Positions 35,701-47,800 of a stretch of 64,000 nt of DNA are shown here, in pieces. Position 1 is the first letter of the stretch. The number at the start of each line of letters is the position of its first letter. The position numbers and the translations under genes were made by a program. The notes under the pieces are model-generated. The model saw only the letters and a program-made list of their open reading frames with translations, had not been told where the DNA came from and did no database searches. The stretch comes from Sarea resinae (lineage: Eukaryota): assembly GCA_026026165.1 (NCBI GenBank), contig JAPEUD010000104.1:1-64000 (forward strand), written 5' to 3'.

Positions 35701-37182
35701 CTCCGAGAACGGATTTTCTCTCTCGGAAATGTTGTTGTGCTCCATCACATCTTCTGTAGTAGCAGCCTAAAATACCTATTAGATTCTAGAGCGGAAGACT
35801 CTGAGTAGGGTAGCCTCACATTCGTCTTAACTGCTGACGCTACGTTCTTGGACAGCTCACTGATAAATTCAGTTGGATCACCGCCAAACGGAGATTCAGT
35901 TCGACCATAAGAAGCCCACCGACTTTGGTGTTCTTCCGTCTCAATCTTTCCATCGGCAGTAGCCCTAGTGGTAAATGGAGGACTTCTGCTGGAGCGGATC
36001 CTCGCACCTGCCTCTCTTGCCTGCTCTAGTCAGTTACTTTTCATTCCAGAAGATTCAGAAAAGCGTACCTGTCTAATTCCCTCAGCAGTCAGACTTGTTG
36101 ACAGCGCGCTCGTATAATTTGCCGAGTCGCCGGAGAACGGAGACTTCGTTCGGCCATAGGAAGCCCATCGATTCTGGTGTTCCTTTCTGTCGGGCTTTGC
36201 AGTGGCCGAACCTTGACAGGGATGTGTGGGGCGCATGTTAGACCGGATTTTGAAGCCTGCTTCTTTTGCCTGTACACAACTTAGACTCAGATGTATGTCG
36301 GTGGTTGCAGCGTAACGGACCTGTCTGATACCCTCGGAAGTGAGACTTGTTGAACAGCTGAGGCTGGACCGTGCAGGAAATGCATCAATCTTGAGTAACG
36401 GAGTCGTTTCTCGTGCCAGCTCATCTAGCTCGGGTTCAGACCGATTTTCGTCCTTGTGGGAGTGCGAAGCTTCGCTGGTGTGAGAACCTGCCCAACCGAG
36501 GTCGTGAGGTGGGTCGGAAGCTTTAAACTGCCGCGTCTTTTCGTTCTGGAATGCAGCCTGCGAGCTACTCTCTGGATCCAAGGAGAAGAGGGACCTGTCT
36601 CCGAGGAATTGCGAGCTTTCTTCGGAAGGCACATCTTGGCCTTGAGCGCCCTGTCTCGGTGGCCAAGTGCGACCAGGTTCGGCATAGCCGTCTTCCCGTT
36701 CTGTATACCAATCTTGAAACTTGGACGAATTAGATCCAGGGGCGCTTCCGCGCTTCGTCGACCAAGGAGACGCCTCAGAGCGCCACTTCTGGAGAATATC
36801 TGGTGCTTGATCAACCTCGAAAGTATGAAGGGCTATCGAATCTTCCGAGCTTGGCGGATTGGAGATCATGGGGATACGTGGAGCGGGTTCTGCCAGGCGT
36901 TGAGACAACTCGAGAGCTGTTCCGACCTGTCTCCTGTCAGTTTAATCGTCTCTCATCTGTAAGTAGGAGACATACCGTCACAATCTCTCCGTCGTCGTCG
37001 TCCATGTACTTCAACGCAGCCGATGGGTTAGCTGAGACGATGTCATCATAATGAGTCTCCTCTAAGTGGACCACAATCCCGTCTTCCATTCGCTCGTCGG
37101 GTGAGATGCGTTCATTGCTGCAATCCGAGGCCTTCGAATCGTCGGCCGCCCAAAGAAGACGGATTCGAAATGGGGGGAGCAT
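32785..37182 (-). CDS. Large disordered protein with N-terminal PB1-like and C-terminal UBA-like domains
   Basis: ALKYMDDDDGEIVT|VGTALELSQRL (acidic PB1/OPCA-like motif) and DYCVQQLLLMGYK...AQAVDGNVEEAIQMIE (UBA-like). Introns at 36975-36927, 36320-36270, 36068-36021 and 35819-35767 link the listed ORFs in frame. Confidence 0.8.
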
Positions 37183-40100
37183 ACTGGCGGTCGGACGGTC
37201 GAGCGTCGCTCTCCGGGGTTTAATCGGAGGACGATAGAAAGAAAACATCGAGCGACAGGGCCGTAAAGATGTGTACTGTTCTGCAGGGAGAAGAAACCCA
37301 AAGTCGTCGTCGGTTGCGGGGGGGATAGAGAGTCGGTCCGGTGGGTGTGATTGTTGGTTGTCTGACCACTGGAGATGCCAAGGTTCCTAGGAGGGGAGAT
37401 GGTTACGAGTCGAGTCGATGATGCAATGGGAAGCTTCCGATCAGATTCGCTGTCGAACCAACAACACAAGAAGAACGAAAAAAAGAAAGAAAGAGAATAG
37501 TACGAGATGGTATTCGTAGATGCAGCAAGACAGAGCAATGGATATGAATAGTACGGAGTAGGAGCTGGAGATCTGGGGAAATGGAATGTGGCAGAAGAAG
37601 ACGCAGCGGGCTGGGCAGGCAGGCAGGCAGGCAGACAGGCAGCAGCAGTCAGTCACCTGGCAGTCAGCTGGCTGGGTGTGATCGATCCATCCATCCATTG
37701 AGGTGACGCGGTACCGCGGTACACTACCGTAGTACAGGTTCACGGCACCAGAGTGACTTGTGGAATGCTGGGGGCTACTTCGACAGATGTCTCTCCCTGG
37801 TAGGCCACTGCCGAGACAACGGTGCAGACGGTGCCAAAAGACCGCAGACAAGGTCTCTCGGAGGGCCCGTCGAGGTTCCTTTCCATGACGAGTAGTAGTG
37901 CCCCTTCCTTGCCTCGCGGAGGAAAGTGGTAAAAGTGACGCGGACATCGATAAGCCTTATCGGTCGTCTCAGCCAATAAACATCAACAAAGCACAACACC
38001 AAGGCAGCCGTGGACCACGACGCATTTTCTCACACAATCTGATGCTATATCACGCTTTGTCTTCGTACGCGTCCGCAGGCACGCTCTAACTATCACGCTG
38101 GATCAACTATGTTCTTGACTCATTTAGCTCAACATATCCCGTCAATCTAAGCACCGCCTGCATACTCTGTTCTAGATACACACGAGGGTAGGACTGCGAA
38201 AACCGGGCGCGGCCGCGAGAACAATGTCGAACCTCACAGCGATACCGAGCAAAACGTCCGAAGCCGCCTCCCAGCAAGCCAAGGAAAAGAGGGAGGGCGA
38301 AGAAGACCAATCTCAGTGGTCTTGCCCAAGATGCAGAACAGGAGCCGACGTATACAGGGCATCCCTGATCACCCCTAAATATCGGCGCACCGAATGCCAA
38401 GTTGTCTGACGATGGCACGAGTCGAGTTGTTCTCAATGGCACACCCATCAACAGTCCCAATGGACGAACTTTGTCCAGCGCGAATGCGGTCAAATTCACG
38501 ACAAAAAACCGATGTAGTTTTATCAATTGCTTTGGTATAGACGAGCCATTTCCATCATACTCGCCCACTTGTCCTGGCGCGCACCACACGGCGAGGGGCC
38601 ACAGCAAAAGCAACGAGCAGCAATGGTGCCAAGTGGAGTTCCCCAAGGAGGCATGCTGTGGATCGGTTGATGGGTTAGGGTTCCTCCAGCATTTCTTGCC
38701 AGTGCCATCGATTCAAGGGCCCGAACTAGGTCGGCTCGGGTCGCTTTCGCTGCGCATTCAATTCGGAATGGACATCATCACCACATCTTTTCAATAGATG
38801 CACATCAGATTCCACTGTCATTCTTCTACTTTCTCATCGAAATTGTACCTCGACAGCGCAACAAGAACCATTGATGATGTTACGATGACTCGCAAGATGA
38901 CTCAGCTGTAGGTTCCATTGATGAAGAGTCGAGTGCCCTGGACAAATGGCAGACTCATCGCTGAACCCGGCCGGGTGGTGGTCGAGATCAGAAGCTGAAT
39001 TGACTACCTTCACTCAATCGGCATTCGAATTTGACAGATATCACTTCCGGGTCTACAACCCCATACAAAGTTCCATCAATCGCGACTGTACACCCTGACT
39101 TCACTCAAGTCTTAATATCCTTTGATGAACAAGCCAAGTCCTCATTTGTCTTGCCAAGGATCCCGTTCTTCTTTATCTCAACCTTTGACCTCCCCACACT
39201 CTCATCTTCAGCTCAATTTACTCTCAATCTGGTCTCGGCTTATTATAGGCAAACCTGTTCCTACGTGCGCCAGAAAGACCACTTTAGCCCAGCTCGTCCG
39301 GATTATGCCTATTTGCCTATTGTATAGCGCAGCGCTCCTCGCATCTTATCAGTTCACTCTCATTACGCCTTTCACTATGGCGGCTCCGAACAGAAAGGTT
39401 GTCTCTGGCGATGTCGCCAGTTCCTTCGGACGACGAAATCTCATGTCTCCAATCTTCGGTCAAATACGCAAAATATTGCCAGCCACGTTGACTCCGCCAT
39501 CAACACCGATAAAGAAACCCAGAAGCTATACGTATGGGCGATTGCTATAGCACCCGGCGACTTTAGTGGAAGCAAGTTGCTCGGATCTTTTAGTTGTCAA
39601 AAGGGAAACCGCCAATAGATACGCGACGTGGGATAATCACACACATCCCATTGCAGATCTGAGGATCGTACAGATAGCATACCGGAGAAATCCATCAGGA
39701 CATTATCGATCAGGCATCTTTGGTCTCGAACAGCAGCACTATCACCGAACAGTGAATGGGAAAAGCTGGTCTGATTCTGTAGGAGGGGCGCCTTTATTCC
39801 GGAGGAGCTTGAGCAATGTAAGAAATGTGACCTTTTGAGTGGGCATCTGGCTTGTGGGAAAATCGTCAAATTTGAGAAGAACGTCAAGCTTGATATGCTC
39901 ACGGAGCTTTCTGCTATTGGTGACAAAAAGGTCTTGGAGGTCATCCTTGATGGAGAGGAAAGGAAGCCAATCCAATGGGCATTGATCCGAAAAAGGTCGG
40001 AGAAGGTTTTCCGAAGCGGCGCAGGGACAAGTTTGAACTCATCGAGTTGGGGAGGCATCGAAAGTCGAGGGCCAGTCGAGATAGCTACGAGCTTGGATAG

Positions 40101-41660
40101 CCCAATTCGGTTATGTTGAGTGCGACATGGATGAAGTGTGAGCATTCGATGGATTGTATGTGCAAGGTCGCTTGCAGGTCTTTCTAGCAACCTTATAGCC
40201 TAATCACTGAACAATGCTCGACGTCGGCGTATATACTGTAAATCGGTGCTTCAAATGACTGCCCATGGGTACTGACTTGGCTGTTACATGACAATCTGGT
40301 TTCTAGTAAGCCAGGCCACGATATGATGGATCCTACTTCGCCTGCAGCAAGCAGGCGAGTTCACCGCATTGAGTAGAATGTAAACACCCAATGCGTAAAT
40401 CGACGAGCAGTGAGATCGGATATCGAAATAGGTATTCCCAACCAGGGAAATCAAAGATGGAATGTACTCCGGAGTACTTCGTACGTGCTAGAGATACATC
40501 ATCTCAAGTGAAGCTGTGAAGCTGGTATGAAAAGCGAAGCCTTTGTCTTCCGCCCTGGTCTTTTTGTCGGGAAATGCAGACACAGCCGGTCAGACAGGGC
40601 TACGGAGAGACTGTCCCGTCTTCCGAGCACGAAACAGGCCAGTTTGGGGCGTCGGGCGAGGGCCCGGGTCGTTAGTGATTTCGGTGGTTGGTCCCGAATG
40701 CGTCCAAATGGAAGTGTCAGTGTCAGCCAGGCCAAGGGAAAGGGGAAAGGGATTTCGGAATGGGGTCGTCTTATCTTAGCGTGTGGGCTAGTTGAGTAGT
40801 AGTGGAAAGTGCAAAATTCCTGAGGGGAAAAGTAAACAAACGCCATCTCGACCGGTAGTCTCTCCTCACGGAAAAGAGAAAAAGAGAGAATGAATTTTAG
40901 CATTTGCATTCGGAGGAGAGAAGACTTCGGCGCCGAGATGAGGGAGCTAATGTATGGCAATGGTGATCTCGATGGGGCTGATGGGGTCGACGGGGTTGAT
41001 GGGGTCGCGAAACTTGAATTACGTCGTGGTTCGCCCTGCCACCGACATTATCGCGGCCACCAGCCTCCCACAAAACACCACGAACGAAAAAGACCATAAC
41101 CACGCAGACGATCATCAATCCTGCGTCTGCACCTTGCAAACTCTTTCCCACTCGCATCCACACCCTCTGAGAAAGATCCTCACCACCACGAAGCCTTCCT
41201 CTCCTCTCCAAACATCTTCCTCTTCGTCTCTCTTCTCCGTTCTCCGGTCGCCATCTCTCGTTCGTCGTCATCTCGCCGTCTCTCCATCACTCGCTTAGTT
41301 CCAGGCATCATTGGGCTCCTACACCTACAACCTGTCGTCGCGGCATTGGACGCTTGCATTTTTCGAACTTTTTTCCGCCGAGAGAGCGTGGCCTTCCATC
41401 TGTTCACGGCGCAATAGAGCGACGCAACGAAGAAGTTTCCGAAGAAAACCCAAAATCCAGCGCATAGTCGATTTTCGGGTTCAACGCCCTTGGCCTCGTC
41501 ATCTGAGACAGTCAACCCGGCCATCGTATCACTCAACTTTTAATCAGAGTCTTCAATACACTGCCCGCCGTTCTGGACGAACACTACACCGCGAGAGATC
41601 CGCCGTCTTCATATTCCCTCTAAGACCTTGCTCGGAGCAGCCTGCTCGGACCACAGAGCA

Positions 41661-42334
41661 ATGGCAGAACTCGTCAGAGTCACCCGCCGGTATCACTGGC
41701 CCTCGGCCCAACTGAACATTTGGTTCATCATCATGATGGCCGCAGCCGGAACCACCCTCGGCGTCTTCGCCGACTTCATCACCATCCAAAACGCCATGAA
41801 GCTCGGCATACCTTGGTAGATACACCCCTTCGCCCTACACACTATAAAAGCAAAAAGCCATACTGATATATTGATCTCCCATCAGGATCATCCCCTATGA
41901 AGTGACCGTCTCGAGCTTGACCATCTTCTTCATGCTCCTCATGCTGGTCCTCATCACCCGCCGCATGCTCCTTCCCAACGTCGTCATGATCGGAACCTTC
42001 ATACTCTTCGTTCTCTGGTTGACGGGGCTCATCGAGACGGGCATCCAGTTATTCGGGTCCGCGGCCGACGTCAACTCAAACTGCAATCGGTATATCGAGG
42101 ACCACAAGGTCACGGGTCAGAGCATCGACACGCTGGCTTGGTTGCAGCAGGATGCCATCTGTAAGTTGACTCTTTACGCATCGTCCCATCTCAGGCCTAC
42201 AGCTGACGGCAACGAAATTAATAGGTTCTGATTGGCTCGCCGCCTTTTCATTCGAGGTGATCGGTACGATATTTCTGCTGTGGATGATGATCATGGCGTC
42301 GCAAGTCAGTCGCGACGAAGGCGATCAGCCCTAG
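41661..42334 (+). CDS. Four-TM MARVEL-like membrane protein
   Basis: RRYHWPSAQLNIW...LGIPW|IIPY...LFVLWLTGLIETGIQLFG...CNRY...LAWLQQDAI|CSDWLAAFSF. Introns at 41816-41885 and 42161-42224. Four hydrophobic segments. Confidence 0.8.
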
Positions 42335-43161
42335 ATTATTTTCTTTTTTTTTTCGTTGTTCGGCGCATACCCCCACCATTCTACCGGCCTTGCTTGACAC
42401 CGCGCACGGCGCATACTTTGTCGCCCTCTGTCTGTCTGCTATCTTTTGCACATATTGATGTATTGCGTGCTTTTTATTTTCTTCGTTCTTCTTCTTTACA
42501 TGTGAATATGTTGCCCTATTCTGATTTTGGTCTTCTCTTTCCTCTCTCGAAAATCACGAGATCCAGATGGATGCCAGCTATGGATGACAAGATCCGGGAC
42601 TCATCACGGAGATGCCTTTTTGCGAAACCTCTTCCTCTTTTGTCAGAAGTTTCTACGAATAGCTTAGTATGATTGGATGGGTGGATGGATGGATGGATCG
42701 GTAGGGCGCGAGAGATCAATGGCGTTTTTGTTTTGTGTTGTATACAGCATGGTGGGCATGATCTGATGGGTTTAAGTCGGGCGACGAGATCTTCAGGACG
42801 AAGGTTTACGGCAAGTTGGATGGAGCATGTTCCAAAGGTGGCATGGCTATGTGACAAGTCGAATTAAACGAAAATCAATATCAAAGTCAAAGTCAAGTGG
42901 AATTGAAATGCATATCTTCAGTTATGATATAGTTCTAGCGAAGGGAAGGGATGAGAGAGCAATTCAATATTTCGTTGGTCTCATTGAGCTAGCTGACAGA
43001 TGTAAGAGTAACACAGAGCCATTTGGCTGGACAGAATTGAATGTTCCAAGCAAACGCAATCCCCGTTAGAGCCCTCCATCATGGTGCAAAGGTGGATCGA
43101 AAGAATGGCGAAGGACAAGGTGGGTATGAGGAAGACATGAGATGGACGTCTCGTTTGAGAT

Positions 43162-43490
43162 CTAGTTTGAGAGCTTGGAGGGCACGTCCTTGCTATGTGG
43201 TATGTCAGGAGAAATTCACGTCTCTCATCTTCACGGAGAGAAAGAGAGCGACTTACCCCGTGGCCTTCTCAAACAGACCGCGTGCCTTGTCGGTCACCTT
43301 CTCGTTCGTCTGGCGGTTGTCTGGGAGTCCTTCCTTCTTCTCGAAGGCGTCGACGCCTGGTTGCGAGTGTCAGAAACGGGTATAAAGGAATGAGATGAGG
43401 AATAGAAGCAGCAGATGACATACCCTTGTCGACATAGTCTTCTTGTCCGCCTTGGGCGGCGTTGCCTTGTTGTCCCTGGTTGGAATTCAT
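43162..43490 (-). CDS. Small (65 aa) hydrophilic protein, three exons
   Basis: MNSNQGQQGNAAQGGQEDYVDK|GVDAFEKKEGLPDNRQTNEKVTDKARGLFEKATG|KDVPSKLSN*. Canonical introns at 43423-43357 and 43256-43193. A CATAAATA TATA-like box lies about 100 nt upstream. Confidence 0.8.
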
Positions 43491-44849
43491 TGTTTGAAGG
43501 TGAAGATGTAGCAGTTTACTAGGTCTTTAGGTGGTGATTGTGGCAGGTGTTGTCGTTGTTGCAGGAAGTGGAGGAACGGGAGAGGTATTTATGTGCGTGT
43601 GTTCAAGGATGGATGGATGGATGGAAGAGGATGATGATGATGATGGTGGTGACGATGATGTAGCCCAACGGTAGCAGATGAACTAGCAGGTTGTGTTTAC
43701 GAGTCCAGAGGTGCCGGTGCCTTGTTTTTCAGCTCCCTCTCCCCGATCGAGTCCTGGATCGATTGGGTCGAGGTGGATCAGCCCTGGAGATGGGACGGAC
43801 ACCGTAGAACAGTCGCGTTCTCAATGCACGTCCGCCGTCAGTGCGAGGGGGCTCTCTGATTGATGGCGGGGTGGTGGGCAACGTCATCGCATCCACCTCG
43901 TGCTTATCGGGATGGTGGATACGAGTGCTGCCGTACCTACAGTACCTGCGGCCAGCAGGAACGACCAGCCTTCCTGCGCAGGACCACTTACTGCGTACTG
44001 CGTACTGCCGAGTACGCCATGTTCTGTCCTGCCCGGTTGCGTTCGACGGGGGCGTCTCTCACCTTGAGCGCACCTCGCCTTCAAGAGACGTCGATTCGAT
44101 GAAAGACGAATGCGAGCTCGATGGGAGATTAGGTGAGAAGTTCATCATCCATCCCATCATGATTCTCGTCGGACGTCTCCAGCCTGCCCGCCTTCTCGAC
44201 CATTGCATGGTTGGATGCCACCTCCAGCGCTCCAGCGCTCCAGCGTCGACCTCGTTCGCTTATTCCCTGATCGATCTCGTCACGAGCGAGAGCATTGCGG
44301 CGTTACCCGCCTGGACAAGCGCGCCAAGTCAGTCCCTGAGTGCTCGGCTCTCACTCGTGCCTGCCGTCGACCCCTGGATCAATCGAGAACGCGCGCCGTG
44401 TCGCTCACTAACACTAGTGCCCTGATCAAGCAGTCGGCCGGGCAGAGTAGTAGCTGCCACAACACCAGAAAAACACTCGCCGTCAGATCATCGCGATCGA
44501 GACTCATCTCTCATTCACCACTCCCACCATTCATCTCTTCGTCGCTCGCCATCCTACCCTCCGTCGCTTTGCCCTCTGAAGATCTAGAACGAGAACGATC
44601 GATCATGAGACACCCGAGGCACGACGCGATTGATGGTTGAGGACGACTCAGCTGCGGCAGGTTACACCATTTTTCTCACGACGGACGCTCGCGCGCGTTC
44701 CAATCGGGCGTTGTCTTCGCTTCTCGAGCTCATCGAGAGGATTCTTCTGATCGACCTCAGTCCGTGGTAATACGATATAATATATTACGACTGGACGGAA
44801 GAGCAAGTTTGAATCCTGACATCAATCCTCGCCCGCCAAGTCATCTACG

Positions 44850-47800
44850 ATGCCGGGAATACCTTCATCTCCCCCCGAGCCCACCCCGCGGCGATCCGAG
44901 TCTCATGGAAAGGTCCCCGGTGGATTCGACGACGACGAGCACGACTTTACGGCTCAGCAAAGCTACCGAGGGCAACATGCAAGCCTCGAGCGTGAGCCGT
45001 CTGGAGCGGGAGATTCGTCCATTTTGCCTCCTCTCCCCGAGGGCGACAGCAGCCTCCATGCGGCAACCGATGATGGCGGAAGCCGAATCGAGCACGATGA
45101 CATGAGTGCGATGAACGAAAGGGAGATGCAGCGGAAGCTGATGGAAGTCGAATCTAGCTTCTTGCCGGCCTTGTCGCCCGTGGTCACCCATGAAGGAGGA
45201 GGAGCCGATGATACCTTTTTGGTAGGGGCGCCAAGGGGTCCAGATGTGCATAGAGACGGTGCACGGAAGGAGAATGATCCATCTCGAGACGATGTCGACC
45301 CCGGGGACGCCAGCATACTGACGCAGTCCCCGCCCACTCCACCCGAATCGTACAAGACTCCGTATCCACAGAACGACGAAACTCCTACGAGGAGGAAAGG
45401 AGAAGGTGCCGGAGATGAGGAAGTCGGAGAAACAACTTCGTCACTTGAGACGATGTCTTCATCGCCAACGGCAGCAGCAGCGGCGCGCACCGTATCCCGA
45501 GCCGTGTCCATGGCCACGATAGCTGGCTACGAGACGGGTGGTTATGAAACGGCTGGCTACGAAACGGCGGGCTACGAGACGGCTGATGACCGCGAGCGAT
45601 CTGCGAGGACCGACGATGAAGAGGAAACGCCTCGCAAGCCGAGGAGGACCGTATCTTCTCAGAGTATGGGCCCTGGAGGCGAGCCGCCAAAGTTACAGTA
45701 CGCAAAGCCTTCGACGCGGACCGGTGACAAAGAAAAAGACGCTGAGCCTCACACGCATCTCACCTCCTCTCGAAGAAGACCAAAATACCTGCAGAGCCGT
45801 CACGCCAGTCAACGCTCGTCTACGTCATCTTACACGACCAGGTCCGATATCTCGACGGATGCTCCCAGCGATGCCACCCTTGGCGCGGATTTTGCACTCC
45901 AATCGGGAGGGGCGGCCCCTGCCAACAGCTCCATCGTCCGGCCGCGCCAGGAGCTTTCGAGGTCCATCAGTCTGGGCAGCATTGCCTCTGGTGTCTCCGC
46001 CTTTAGCGATTCGGTCGGCAGATGGAATCCGACGAGAACGATGAGTGGGACGTCGGCCATCGCCAGTCTACCTGTGGAGGGGAATCTCGAGCCCCTCGAT
46101 GAAGAGAGAGGCTCACCGAGTCAGAGTTCTAGTCGCGAAAAACCAAATCATACCGATGATGACCACAGCCCATCACCTCCGGCTACCCCAAAGGCTCGCG
46201 GTCGAACATTGACGGCTCCTACAGATACCGCCATGGCAGACCATATCCGAAGGATACACGTCCCGCCATCGGTCCGTCGTGAGTACAGCGAGAAGAATCG
46301 GCTTTCCTCGCCAGATAAAAAGTCCAGCACCTTGAGTTCTGCCCCGGGAAGAGCAAATAAAAATATGACGCTCAAAGAACAAAGCAGTACCATTGACCGC
46401 CTAACAAAGGAGAACTTCGACCTTAAGCTCAAGATCCACTATCTCAACTCCGCTCTCAATGAACGGTCCGAGGAAGGAGTCAAGCAGATGATTTCGGAAA
46501 ACGTCGAACTCAAAGCGGGGTTGGTCACTGTTCAGAGAGAAGCGCGAAATCTGCGGCGAACGATACGGGATCTCGAGCGGAAGCTACAAGAGAGGGAGGA
46601 AGGCCTAGCTGCGGCCGCGGCGACGTCCGGAGAGTCGGATGAAGAGAAGAGCGAGCAATCCTTTCGTCAAGCTGAGCTCGAAGAGGAGGTTGTCTATCTC
46701 AAGGATCGAGTGGAGACTTATGAGCTGGAGATCGAGAAGCTAAGAAGTGAGAGTGTTGGTCGGGAAAATGAGAAGAGGCGGTTGGCCGAGGTCGTTCGGT
46801 CGATGGGTGAGAGAACTTCTCGAGGGGTAGATGCCGATATTGGTGCGCGTGAAGAAATGGTTTGTATACCCGTGGATTTTGTTGGATTTGTGGACTGACG
46901 TGAATCTCTCGCAGGACATGTGGAAAGACATGTACGAGACCGAAAATGCGCGGCGAGAGCAGGCGGATGAAGATAATCGCAAACTTCGCGAGGAGATCTG
47001 GCGCCTGAAGAACGATGGCTCCTCGACCACGACGAACAACTTCGCCAGTAACATGTATCACGTCAGCAAGCAACAGCGCGCATCATTCTCCCAGGCTCGG
47101 TCGAGTAGCTCCGAAAATGCCGAGAAGAATGCGTCCCTGAGCAGCGCCAGCACCCTCGTCGAACAGCTTCGCCATGAAAATGCCGAGCTGCGCCGAGAGG
47201 TCGGCGCGCAGACGTCGATGCTGACTTCTCGTAACAAGGAACGGGAGCGACTGTATCAGGAGATTGAAGATCTCAAGTTGAAAGAGCGAAGAGGTGACGC
47301 GGCCCGTTCGGTCGCAGGGGATAGCATCTTGGAGCGCTCTGCTTCTCGTGCTCTTCAGCGGCCTGGATCTCGGATGAGCAACATGACGAAGACGACACAG
47401 ATGAGCGACGCCGAGCGTGAAGACCTGGAGAACAAGAACGATGCATTGAGAGACCAGATCTCCGGACTCAAGCTGAAGAACCAGCAGCTCGATCGCAACC
47501 TGGAGGACTGTCTCGATCAGTTGGATCAGGCCGACGCTCTCAAGGCTGACCTTACCAAGACGATCGAAGCCTATGAAGAGGAAATGAATCTGGCCACGCA
47601 GGACTTGCAAGCAATCCAAGCCGAACGGGATGAAGCCCTCGCTCAGCGAGAGGAAAAGGAAGCCGACTATGAGGGGCTCAAGGCGGAGGCGCAGCAGACC
47701 ATTGACGGTCTCGAAGAGGAGTTGGAGCATAAAGATGCCGACCTAGCACATCTTGAAGTCGAGCTGGAGAATCGGATCGAAAATTTCAGAGCGCTTCAAG

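Noticed and set aside
38224..40130. Chain of short + strand ORFs that look like a degraded gene
   Set aside because: Frames switch repeatedly and I see no family motif (an isolated IAEPGR is not enough for a decarboxylase). Left uncalled.
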